Assembly (NCBI GenBank): GCA_963924565.1
Contig: OZ004607.1
Span: 28,520,001-28,584,000, forward strand
Source: Ascidiella aspersa
Taxonomy: Eukaryota
DNA: 64,000 bases
Direction of reading: 5' to 3'
Positions 51,401 through 64,000 of the stretch are shown here, in pieces (within the stretch, counting starts at the first letter, position 1; every line of letters starts with the position of its first letter). The position numbers and the translations under genes are program-made. The notes under the pieces were generated by a model that saw only the letters and a program-made list of their open reading frames with translations, ran no database searches and was not told the origin of the DNA.

Positions 51401-54400
51401 TTTGTCAAAAGCCGTTTTTTATATCGGTAATTAGTTAACGCTCGACGCACAAAAGGGACTTTATGGCGCGCCGGGCACGTATGAGCGATTCAAGACAAAA
51501 GCCTTCGCACAATCGTCACCAATCGTGTTTACGCCGAGCTATTGATTCGTGCATTTACAGCAGCCCTCGACTGAGCTTGCCGACAACGGAATCTGTCAGC
51601 CGTGAGAAATTTGGCTTTCGCCCCTAACGCCGAAAGCCCCCTGGAAAGCATTGTGCCGCCCTACGTCACCGATTTGCGGAATAAGAAACGACTCCAACGT
51701 CGCTCTTCATTTTTTACTCGAACGATGTGTCTTTTGATCGAAGCGTGGGTCACTTATCGCTTGTCCTACCTCCTAAAATAATTAAAAGTGATGGCGACAT
51801 TAATAAATGCGCTAATTGGCATAAATTTTCATGATTTTCCAAAAATGAATTGATTTTCTCACTATATATTTAAATTCGAGCTAACTTGCTTTCCTGTACA
51901 ATTTGTTTAGTTTTATTTTGCCAACAAGCAAATTTATTTTGAGGATATTTTAACTGAAAGTGATATTTTAATATTTAAGTTTTGTTGACGGATAAGCCTG
52001 GCAAACGCTAAGCTTTGTTTGTGTATGAAAGAAAACAAGTAAGCTAGGAAAGTGAATTCATGATTTAAGTGTCGAAATGTAATCGCATTTCTCAAATTCC
52101 GTAATTTAATGTAACCTGATATAAGCTGGTTCAATTTCTTTTAAATAAAACACGTAATTTTTCCTGCGAAATGAAGCGACAAGTTACATGACATGTATCG
52201 AAATTCTTCGCCGATTCAATTTGATACAATTGCCACATTGCCATCAATACATCGACATACCAAACAATGGGTTCTATTTCGTGTGGAGCGCCCGCGTCCA
52301 CGTTTGTCCAGCTCTCAAACTTTGTCAACGCGACAAACCCAGTTCCCAGGCAACTCAACCCGACATGGCCTCTTTAGAAACAGTCGGGTCCTTTCTTATG
52401 GCGTCGTATGGCATTGAAGAAATATTATGGGAAAATGACGGATAGACCTCATTTTAAAGCCTTAGTATAAAAGCTATAGCAAAAAGGTTAAAACACAGGT
52501 AAACATTGCTTTTAAAACATGATGCAAGCACTATTCCAATTGGCCGGGAAAGCTGGCCCATTAAGGTTGTTTGATTGAGAGATTGAGCCCATTGAATTAT
52601 CCGGGCGACAATAAACATTCCTGGCCGCCATTGTGGGCGTCCCAAAGAAGGTTACTTGGTGTTGCTAATTCTACTCTAAAACAAAGACACCACCTCTTCC
52701 CCGTCCATTCTCAATGCCTCTTGCCTCTTTCTCTCTCTTTTTCTTTTTACCCAACTCTCTTGTTGTGGTGGGTCAGTTTGTTATCGTCACATGTTTTCCC
52801 ACTGATCAGAAAGTATTTGTTAATCGTGGAAACTACAGTGGAGGATATAATAAGGTTGTTTTACAGAAATGGACGGTGATTAACCCCAGGCCACGAGTTA
52901 CAAACTAAAGAAGTTATTAGGTCAGACGTTGTTAATTTTATTCTTATGATTACTCACTAAAGTGATAGAATGCTGCTTGCTCGTCGAACCTTAAGTGCAT
53001 CGTTAGAAATTGAGAAACGTTTACATGGTACAATATAGCAGTGTTCTTGTAAAATACAGAACTATAGACGATAGTGGCTATACATTTTAAAATAGTATAT
53101 TTTTTAATATGATGTTGCTGCCAGGCATCGTTTCAATTGTACAGTTGTTCTTCCGGCAAGGTATATTTTTTGTTGCGAATTTGCGATGTAATGCTGGATG
53201 ATGAGTTTTTATGCCTAAAAAAGTCGAGCCAAACGAGCCAGGATCACAGAGGACTATATATTTTAATGCATTGCGCGTTGCAATGTTGAGGTTTGCCACT
53301 TATACTATTGCTATATCCTGTGACCGAAAAGCATTTCGTTTGCGCATCAACACACTTGTATTTGTTTTTCGACATTGATTGCTTCGGTTTCGTTATTCTA
53401 CGTCAAAATACTTACATTTCGATTTGACCAAACAATATATAGAAAACAAGTTTAGTGTAAACCACTGAAGCGTTTACTACAAGAAGAATGACAAAATTGA
53501 ATAGGGGATGTCATTGATTTTTCGGATCCATTTAACAACCTTGGATACTGAATGTCAGGACTTTTAAAGTTTTTGTTAGTCAATGGGTAAAATCACTTTC
53601 TCCAAATACAGCAAATTGCTTTGTTAATCATATTGTACATACCAGGCATTCATCCAGTCTAAAATTCTTAACGCGTTATGTTTAATTTTCAAGCATGATT
53701 TGCAACATTTTTGGTCAAGTTACAGGAGATATTTCAAAAGCATTTTTTTCGCATTTTATCACATACAAAGTGAAAACACTTAATTTAAACTAAATGGACG
53801 TATGAAACGACCCAGCTCATTTACGGCAGTCGATTACTGCTATTAGTTCCTTAAACACGCGCGCACACACAAAAGTTCTTACACACACACACACTTGATG
53901 TTGCATAACGAGGGAGTAAAGAGGAATGCGAAAGACAAATACGCCGCCTTCGCTTCTGCGACATTTTTATTCTCTCATTAGCAGGAGTGCAAACTTGACT
54001 TCGGAAGCGTACCGCAAGCATCGCTACCCCTGTATGTTCAGCTGCTCGAAAAAGCCCTGCGGTGTCGCGCGCGTCGCGTCGCCCGGGCTCGAGCGACGTC
54101 GCGTGTCGCGGCGGTCGGAACTACCCTCCTCGTGTCGCGCTAGGAATGTTTGAAAAGTTTGCCAACCTTGTGCCGTCGCTACTCGGTTTAGTTAGCTTAA
54201 GCGAAACCACAATCGTTCGATCGAAAAGCACGAGACTATAGGGGAATAATATGTACGCGCTTTGTCACTCCGCCCTTTAAATACAAAAGCACCCGTGCAG
54301 GCATGTGTTATTACTGAGGCGGTTTTCCTCCGCGTTCGTTCCATGAGGATCAGTCGCCAATCAGCACTTTCCCTCGCATAATGTGTACCGTGTGATTTCA

Positions 54401-57400
54401 TCTAAATCTCTTGTTGTTTTGTTTTTCACAATCCATCAGTCGAGAAATTCCGAACGCCAATAGCTGTCAAGCGTCGATATTTTCATACAAAGCACCACAA
54501 AAGATCAGTCGAAAGATTAATAATGCTTTGAGAAATGATTCCACAAAATAGTGAGCAAAAGCGGATGCCGCCATAATGTTTTAACTTGGGTTGGGGCGAA
54601 GTTCAACGTGGATGCGGTTGTCTACGATTCCTTTCTCCCAGTTGCATTCGCTTGTGGAATGAGGGCCTTGTGTGAGTCAGGGGCAGTCGTTCCGGAACTG
54701 TACAGGCGCGCCCTCGTCAAATATTCAACCTTTTATGATCGGAGTGTTTCTGTAGCAGCTCAAAGGCAGGCCACTGTGCCGGCGTTGACAGGCAAAAAAC
54801 AAACATCGTCGGGGATGATCTGTGTGATTTTCAAAACCTTGTTCCACGTGTTTTCCATGATGACCAGTTCAGTTTTGTTTCATGCCTATACCGACTCTCG
54901 TAATTAAGGTCGTTTAGGGACACTGCTCGCGCGTACTTTCAATTGCGTTGTTAATTTGGCTCGTTTGTTTTGGTGCAATGTTGTTAAATACTAACACAAT
55001 GGCGACGAAATGACTTAAATCCATACATGCATTCTAGTGTTTTACTCTCTAGCTAAAGATGTATTATGTGACCGATACTTGATAAATTGAGCAAAAATTA
55101 CAGCCGTCATATCCGATAATAAAAATGTTAAAAGTGGTTAGGTTGTTTATGTCAACAACTTTTTAGCGTCAAAAAGATACTTCCTCCTCTTAACCCACCC
55201 TGTTCCTTTCCGATATGTCAAACGTTGTGTTAAAATGTAAGAGGGAAATTTACTGTCGATACCTCTTGAATCAGAACGAGCATTGGTACTACCGCTTGGA
55301 CGCTTGTCATCTGATATATGGTCAAATCCGACATTATCCGGCATTCCTAATGTCAATCTAACATGCCGTTAGTGCTAAGTGATTAGCTGTGATACGTGTT
55401 CAGCTGAAAAGACCACCAAGAAGGCCACTCTATTTTTACCTAACAGTTTCGGTATTTTAATCTATCACCAACGCAAACTACTATGGGCAATTAATTAAAC
55501 GGCTAATGGTGTTATCCAAGTTGCGCTTTTTCGTCTTTTATCATACCCCTTACCCAATCTACATTGGCTTGTTGGTGCAAATCCACCAGTCGTTTCACAA
55601 TTTTCGCAAAACAGCCAAAGGGAAACAAGCAGGTCGATTTAAAGAAAAATTGCCTTGTAATCTGCCAACAAACGATTAAATCGTGCTCTCATTGTACGTT
55701 TACAAAGTTACTCACGTCGGGTGCGGTTTTACAGACGCGTTTCTCCCTTAGGCGAGTAGCCACGACCGAGGGTGTTGACATTTTGGAGACGGAAGTCGCT
55801 GTTATTTTCGGTAGTTTTGCTTTGTTGTCGAGGGGGAACAGGTCACCACACCTGCTACATCCGTGGGACGCGGCGCCATGCTCAGAAAAGCCCAACCGCT
55901 GAAACACGTCCCTTCTTGTTTCATGGTCATAACAATGCGAAGTTGTTACTTTTATTCGAATTGAAGCGCAGGGATTGGGTCACGCTTTCTGAGGGTGTGA
56001 GCCCAAAATAAATATTTCGACAACACCTTTAGTTTTTTGTCGAATTCTGCTACGATTTTCCCTGAGGTGGAAAAATTGTTCAATTTTACCACTATTTTTA
56101 AACCGTCATTAAAATTGTTTTAACAGCTTTGTAAGAGAGAAGTAAAACAGTTTTTACGGCCATTTCTGAAACATTTAGCCCCCCCCCCAAAAAAAACAGT
56201 TTTTATTTATTTGTAACCGCCTCGGTCAATTTTAATAGCTAATTTGAAACACACGTTCGAAAGATATCACGAAAAGAGGACGGAACACAGAGTCTGCTTT
56301 ACCAATCTAGGCGGTACAAGGCAGCCAACTGCTTCCTGCAGTTAAATACCTCCGGTCCATAGGTGACTTGGCACCGATCTTTTCGTTGGCGTTGGCCCGT
56401 GTCAAATCAACGCGTTCAAATTCGGTCGCGAGCAGCAGTTGGCTTTTGTCGAACGGCGCTCAACTGGAAATGCCTCGCAATAACGTTGGCCCATTGTAGA
56501 TGCTGACGCGAAAATTCGGTTTGAAAAGAGCGGGAGCAATTTTAATGCCAAAATTGGCCGCTTGACGTAAATAAAAGTGGAAAATGGCTGTCCGCATTTG
56601 AGTTGACAATGTAAAAACCTACTACCTTTTTTTGTCGAACGACGGAAGCGCTGAACGCCTATACCAATCCTCTCAATTAGTTTCGTGTAAGACTTCGCCC
56701 TTCAACCGGCCAAGCCAACTGGCCAAGCTTTTGTCACGCACCGAGGTACAGTAGTGCTTCGAGCTTACTTGTGACGCTTCTCTTGTTTGTCTTCGCCGCT
56801 CACCCGGCTCTCAGCTGCAATTAACGTTGGCGTTGAACGGCATTGTGACAAGAGACTAGCTCGATTCGACGTTGTATTGTGGTGCTTCTGTTTAGTGGGG
56901 CGAGTCGGTCGCCGTCGTTATTCTTATTATTGTTTGAGGCAACGTTGCTGGTTATGCTGCGCGCATGTACCATTTCGAAATGCTATGCCTGAGCAAGAGT
57001 GTTTTCTAAGTTTTGATTCTTATTGATGGGTTAGATAAGTGAGTGTTTCTATGGGTTGCGTGTGCTGCGTTTAAGAACATGTCCGGCGGCTTAAGCTACC
57101 ATTTTGCTATACTGTATGTAACTTAAACCTTTAGTTTAACTTAAAACGACTTGAGTTATATTGACAGTATTGGGATCAGAGCAATCAGCCCGAACTATTT
57201 GAGAATGAGCACAAGAAAGTTGTCAGATAAATGTGAATTACACCTAAAGGCACAGGATCCAGTTCAGTTAACTACAGACAAGAGCAAAGCACCGTAGAGA
57301 ACTTAAGTTCGCCCGGAATGTCAATTAGCATTTCATTGCTGCAAATGATCGGGCTCCAAGTGCGTAATATCCCGCTTTCCGCACTCCGAACGTGCAACAA

Positions 57401-58098
57401 TCTCGAAGCTGTCATAAGCTCTTAAACTGCTTGTTGCAGTAATGCCGAGGCTTAGCGCGTTCTCGACCGCCTTGGACTCGAGTTTGTTTGTTTGTTGCGG
57501 GGCTTATTACGCAGCTGCTGCAGTTTAGCGCGGTCCTCGCTGTCGCAAAAGGTATGTACTGTTGCAACTCTTCGTGTCGCGTTTGATCTGGAGATTGATG
57601 ACTTCGTTGCGATCTGTTGCGGCAATTCGACCAACGTCATCAGTCGTTGCCCTATGGGAAATCATCCAGGCACGCCTTTCGATGCGCTAAATGCCAAACC
57701 GTTCAAAGGTTCGCTTCAAGGAACTTTGCTTCTCCAAACCTAAATGCCACACGTTTATTCTCGCTGCACGTTTTTCAGCCTTAAGTCCTCTAAAGGGCGC
57801 GAAATCGAAATTGTATTTGACAAATTGTTGGCGCGAGGCGCAGACAGATCCCAGCAAAGGCTGGAAGAAACGCCGTTTCGTCTCCGCCAATCTGTCAGTT
57901 GGACGCACCTGGGACCATTAGGAATGGCCGTGGCAGCGGTTTAGTTCATTTGTCTAGGGCTCCATGGCTAGTAGAGGCACGGTTTGTTCGTTCCTAACCT
58001 TTTGCGCGCCCATTTCGCAACTGTTAGAAAGATGATATTGCTTTCAGCAAACGATTGGCTGGTTCTGTGCTCATCGCAATTTGCACATTAGCCTATCG

Positions 58099-58424
58099 CA
58101 GGGGTGTCCAACATGACGCACGCGTGCCAAATGTGGCACGCAACCTAATAAAAAATGGCACGCAAGCCCCCCAAAAATACAGCCAATTGTTAAAAAAGCT
58201 AAATTTGTTATACAGCCAATTGTCATTGTTTAGTCACAATACAAAACAATCCCAGCAATTACGACAACAAACAATTATTCTGATATTATAACACTATACT
58301 GTTTTTATTTTTTGTATTAAAAGCGCTTTTAATATTAGAAAAAAAAATAGTTGCTAACTTTGGCACGGGAAGATGTTATAAGATAAAAAATGGCACGTCT
58401 GCATGTTTGAGTTAGACACCCCTG
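58099..58424. mobile_element. hAT MITE of the same family as 13945-14251
   Basis: TIRs caggggtgtccaac and gttagacacccctg. TSD gcctatcg/gcctagcg (7/8). Shares internal aaaatacagccaatt, cagccaattgtcattgttta and taacactatactgttt with the other copy. Confidence 0.88.
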
Positions 58425-61400
58425 GCCTAGCGCCATTTGCCGATGTTTTCTGATTTCTTTTGCTCGACGCTGTGCAAGGCCTTTTTTCCTACTCAGGTTT
58501 TTAAATGTTTGAAGTCATCGCGAACGTGTTCCACCAAATGAAATTAAATAGTTTAAGGCAATGTAATTTTTTGTATACCTTATTTTTCGTTTTTTTTGCC
58601 TGGAGGATAAAATCTGGTTCTGTTTGGGGTCGTTGTTTTTTGACGAATATTCACTCATCTAAACTAATTAAAAAATGGCGCAACAACAGTCATGCGAGCT
58701 CGCCAAAGTACATGAAAAGTTTCTTTTACCAACTGGGCCGCGCATATTTAGTCCCGACTTTCGTCTTTCGATCTAGCGATGATTGAACTTCTAATCCGCA
58801 AGCTCCGGCTACTGAAAACTTATTAGGGCGGCCTCAGAGGAAGGAATCGGCGTCTGCACCCGGGGCCCTTAATGGATTCGCGCAAGACAGAAAGGTTGGA
58901 GACGGCGGCAGCGGCGGCGACGTCTTGGACTCCCCGCGGACCGCCGGGCGCCCTTCGCAGCCATCCCCATCCGCTGGCATGCGGACCAATTCATCTCCTC
59001 GATAACCGCAGCCCTGTATGCAGCTCGCCCTTGGAAGAGATTGTATGCCTTAATGGCATTGGAGAATTTTGCCTGGGAAATACACGGCGTGTGAGAGCGT
59101 GTGTGCGACTGTGCGCACTGGGCTTTGATATTGGCAAGTTGTTTAAGTGGCAGCAGCTTGTAGCGAGTTTTCGAAGTTCCTTGCTGAAAAAATAATTAAC
59201 AGCTTGTGAGTGCTGGAATTAATGGTTATCATTATCGCATACCAGGAGTAAGGTTGTGATTTTATCGATCAACCACTTGATTGACGGTGTTCGAAATAGG
59301 CTAGGATAGATATAAGATACTGGAATTGGATATATTAAATACCGACTTAGTAACCACTTGCCGTTGTTAACAAACCGCTGGGTGTATTTTTTTCGATTTT
59401 TAGCCTTGAACACGTCTGGCTGTCTAGTTGGAAGATATATTAGGAAGCAGGTTCAAGGTTCAATACAGCGTGAAACCGTGATAAACTAACTTATGACGTA
59501 GTCTGCATGGGTAGCTTATGGTACTGGTCAGGCTGCATTTACTGTAGCGCTAGAACATTGTGTTTACAGCGTTGTTTTTTTAGCCTGGTCGTTTAACGTT
59601 TATTTTCCTGCAAGTTCAATTGCCTTGCGTGCCAATCGAATGAACATTGAACCGTTGACGCATCGCAAATTGAGTGCGAAGGACCGCATCGTTTGCCAAG
59701 GTTCGTTCCGCCTGCCCTTTCTTCTAATCGGATTTGTTCACTTCGAATGCAAGCCTGGCTGTTCCTAGCAAGTCAGAGTCGGCGTCGGCTGCTGCGTTTT
59801 GCGGCCAGCCGCTAATGCGGTGTTGCGCTGTAAGTTAGTGCGCGTTCTTAACAAATCAGCAGCTTGTGTGTTGTGTACAGGCGGGTTACTTGTTGTGTAC
59901 CGCTCAGATATAATACTGCAATGTTAGGTTATTGTAATTTGTTAGCTTGTTTTGAAATTGAGTAACTGCGCGACTTTATGTTGATTTTGGCAGGCCAATC
60001 ACGTCTTACTGTTTACCGGTCAACTTTCATACGACATTTGTGAAAGATTCAAATCGACGATAAAATGCAATTTAAAAAATGTTAGCTATTCGTTTGTAAT
60101 GCGAGCCTTCAGCCTTGTACGATAAGCGAGGTACCACCCGACGTTTGCTATCGTATTTTTTGTTTAGTGTGAAAGCCCAGTAGACAAACCCTTATTTGTC
60201 AATCGGATTCAATTTTGGTGGAATTAGAGTGAAGCGAGATTAGTAGTGAATGACATTTAGGCCTAAACGCGACATTTCTTGCTTGCTTTGTTTACCAGTT
60301 GAACAGCGGGCGCCAAGTGAACCCGCTTTTTGCAACGTCACGTCAGCATGAGATGTGCTCGACCGGTTTTTATTCCTGATATTTGAAAAACACCAGATTC
60401 TTTCTTCAGTCAAGATTTATAAGCTTTTCTAAACCATCGCCAGTGTATATGAACTTAACAAGTAAATGAGCCCCTAATTTTATGCTTTCAATGTACAAAA
60501 AAATTGAACTGATTTTGATATTTTGCCGTGTTATACCTGTAGAGGCGCTTTAAAGCGACAACCCAGTCGCCGCATCTGTCACTTCGATATCGACTTTTTA
60601 AGATAAGGGAAATATAAACCCGTCACGCCCCCGTGGGCAGCAAAGCGAGAAAGCATTTCCTGTTATACGCGGCAATAACTTTACAAGGCCTTGTATCGTA
60701 CCTGGGCTTCATGTAAGATAGGCGCACCATTGGTGTAGCTGCCTCTGATTTTAGCAGATTTACCTTTAATTTCGATTTTACCTTGGCATTAATGTAATTG
60801 AATTTTGCTTTGGTTGCATTAGGCGCCGATTGCCGGAATTAATTGTATTGGACGTTTTAATGAATTTTCATTGATTTACGGCCGAATTGCGATGCTAGGT
60901 TCCATCGTTCGCACAGAAAGACGCGTATTCTTTTGTGCAGTCAGCAGGCAAGCTCAGTTGTTTTTCAATAGCTTTGTGGCGCTATGTTCCCTTGTGTCAT
61001 AAACGTAACGTCATGAAACTTTCTATTTCACTATTTAGCAAACTTTTTGGCATAGTTTACGTTTTAAGGACTTGTTCACGTTCGGCGACTTTTGTTATCC
61101 GAAAACCGCACGCTGTCGGACTTAAAGACCCGATTTATGTGCGCGTTGTTTTGGCATTGCACCGGCGGCCTTCGTGTAGCGGCGATGCGACACTCGAGCT
61201 ATCCAATTTCGTCGTGACGCTGGCGAGCCTAGAAAAGCACAGCAAGGGACCCCTGTCGCGGGTCGGCGCTGCAGCGAGCAGATACGACGACCTATCAAAC
61301 TCTTGTCGACAGCGCGATTCGGGTCAGACACATGTAAAGGCATCTCAAACAGCCGCTTAGCAGAATGAGGCCAGATTTTGATGCAAAGCTTACTTTTTCT

Positions 61401-64000
61401 GCTCCATTGCTTTGCAAAGTTTTCTGCGACCAGTTTAACTATAGTATATCAATATTGTTAGGATTGACTTTCCCGCCTTGTTTTCGCACTACAGTGGTTG
61501 GAACGCGAAACTGAATATGAGTGGGTACAAGGGAAGCCGACTGCCTTTGAAGCTTTCGTGTAAACTAGGCCCTACCGTGGCACAAGGATCGATTTTCGTG
61601 TCGTCGGCCGCCTTACACGTGTACCGAGTACATGTGGGCGCGTGCTTTTCTTGTAGCAGGACATTCTGTTGTTGTTATGCTGTTAGAAGAGGGTCGTTGG
61701 GCTGAGGGTTAGTCAGCGGGCTAGTCGGGTTTGGTAAAGCGTTGAGGATGCGGAAACCTTGTAACTGTTAAAGGCGGGAGACTTGTCTTAAGCGAGTGCT
61801 GAGTAATGTTTACGGCCGTCTCGTGTTTTTGTCAGTTTGCAGGTTACCTACCAGCTTTAAACCTTGCTGGGCCTCGTTTTCCACCTGGAGTGAAACAGTT
61901 GGGCTTGACCCCCTTGTATATACGAGAATGTAAACTGGATTTCTATGTTTAGCTAGAGCAGTTACCGAATTGGAAAACAACTAAGCTTAGACATTGTTTA
62001 GATTTGTGTATGGCACTAGTTGTAGTTAAAACTAGCTCCCACACAGAAATAGTTGGTTTCAAATCAGTTTTTATTTTGTAACAAGTCACGTTCAAAATGG
62101 GCTTGCAACCTCCTCATACTGAAACTCTGTTCGGTTTTGAAAAATGTGATTGCCAAGAAGGCAGCAGCTGTAAAGTGCAACATATTTTAAAAAGATGCCA
62201 CATGCAGGTGTTTAACGGTATTTTACGAGAAGTTAAAGTTTGCTGTCGTTACGTCAGCAGGCCAAAATCGGCGACAACTCAGTTAACAACCACGCCCTCG
62301 GCGAAAGTTCCGCTATACATAGTCCAGTGATGGCTGGCGCTTGTTTTCAGCCCAAAATGGGCGCACGAAACACATTGGAACGCGATCTAACTGCGTCACG
62401 CGGTATTTGTGGAATGCGATTTTGCGAAACTCAACAAAGGACTTTTTTGTTGCTGTCCCAAGCATTAGCGACGCTCCCGAAACAAGGCAAGGGTCAGTTT
62501 ACGTTAACGTGACAGCTTTGAAAAAGCCTCCTACTATTTTCCAGCCTCATATGTCAAAAAGATGCGACCGCTTTAAAATAGCTTCTACTCCCATTTTCAG
62601 CCTCATATTTTGCAAGAAAGATTGGAAAACTGAAGCCGGACGCTTTATACTGGCCGTGTGCCCAAAAACGTTGCCAAAAAGCGATTTTAATCGATAAATA
62701 GCTTTAAAATGTCGCTTTAAGTCTAACCTGCTGCGCCGATGCTTCACCAAAGTTTTGTTGGCGATTTTACGACCTCTGTCCCCTGTGGTCACCGACTGTC
62801 ACAGGCCTTTGTTGCGCTATAATCGGATCTGACAAGCCATGTTTAAAGAGCCTAATGTCATAAGCGACCCGACCTGCTGGAGTTAAAAATAAGGTCGTTT
62901 CTAGTAATCCGGCTCGGTAATTTTCGCTTCCCAGGCATATTTGTTTGAGATTGGCCTGTTGAATTGTTGCTTGCGAACGTTTTTTTCGTGTTTATGGCTA
63001 TTTAATTCATGTTGCCTTACTACACATTGGTAGGATCAGCGTTAAAATTTTTGTTATTGTGCTTGGTATCGCTGATTAGCTTAAAGAACTTTTGGAAAAG
63101 TTTTTAAATATCGCTTTGTCGTAAAGCCAATCTTCTTATGATAGCTCACATCCTGTTTCCCATATCTTGTAGTTCGCTTTCTGTTGTTCAAAGAGATTAC
63201 TGCAGCCCCGTGAATGGGTGGTATCCTTATTAGTTCTAATTCCAAGTGTGTGACTTTTGTGTTGTTTTGATTTCATTATAAAGCGATTAAATAGCTAGAC
63301 GTGAAGATATGATGATTCTTTAAAGGGCCAAGTGGTGCCAACCTTTTCTTACTGCAGTGGTATTTGTTTGCAATTTTCTCAACTATAATAATTTGTATCA
63401 TTTTGTTTGTATCTTACATATCTACAACGTTCGTTTGACCATTGCCCTTTGATATTATGGTCCAAAATGTGAATAAAAACACCGTTGTTGACAATCGTCT
63501 TATTATGAAAAAAGTCCATTTTACGACCAACGCTTAACGGAAAGTGAAATGACTGAGTATTTAATTACTGAGATAATTTATGATTTTGTTGCTAATCCTG
63601 CGTTGTGTTGGTAATGATATACGAGGTGATTGTTTGCATCATGAATGCGACCTTTTGTGTTCCAAGCATAGCTCGGGCAAGGTAGGCCCAAAACCCTTGT
63701 TCAAAACTCACTTGTCATGGTTCAGCGTTGATGGAACAAAATTTTGCCAAAACCCTGCCAAATTGCCTCGTAACTGGCACCGTAAATCACTCGGGGACGT
63801 TTAGAGCCTGTAATATCTAATCTAATTGAGCTGTCGATGTTTTTCGTGGACTTTTCATTAGTAATCGCCAAAATAGGCTACAAATAGCGGCCCGTTGTGT
63901 GTTGATGGTGCCCGGATTAAGCGATATCGTCTACTAACGTTCGAAGATGGTCTTTTAGAGTTAACTTGCCGCCAAAGGGCAGATGCGGCGCGATGGGCTG

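Noticed and set aside
1-64000. tRNA, rRNA, snRNA or spliced-leader RNA genes
   Set aside because: None was recognised by eye. A covariance-model scan would be needed to exclude them.

Overview
AT-rich eukaryotic (animal) genomic DNA with spliceosomal introns. Many introns are 55-110 nt, genes are tightly packed and CpG content is patchy; this suggests an invertebrate chordate such as an ascidian, but that is inference. 1-10 kb holds a compact cluster of four genes in two convergent same-strand pairs: DPH6 (15 coding exons, with C-terminal RidA-like domains) then intronless ELP6 on +, and ANAPC11 then intronless mitochondrial RARS2 on -. 11.8-17.2 kb is a three-level transposon nest: an Ac-like hAT MITE interrupted by a 5.0-kb CMC/EnSpm-like element, which itself contains a Charlie/Buster-like hAT MITE. 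The 5.0-kb element carries an 8-exon SAM-domain accessory gene and a truncated zinc-finger ORF. From 22.5 kb an ANKS1-like gene runs on + (14 coding exons to 41,036), followed by about 23 kb with no recognisable exon. The most notable observation is at the ANAPC11-RARS2 junction. ANAPC11 stops 94 nt before the RARS2 ATG, and that gap contains a 64-nt GT-AG intron candidate whose removal puts the two ORFs in frame with one UAG between them. This points to an operon, a bicistronic mRNA or a readthrough fusion. All gene models were assembled by eye and no searches were run.
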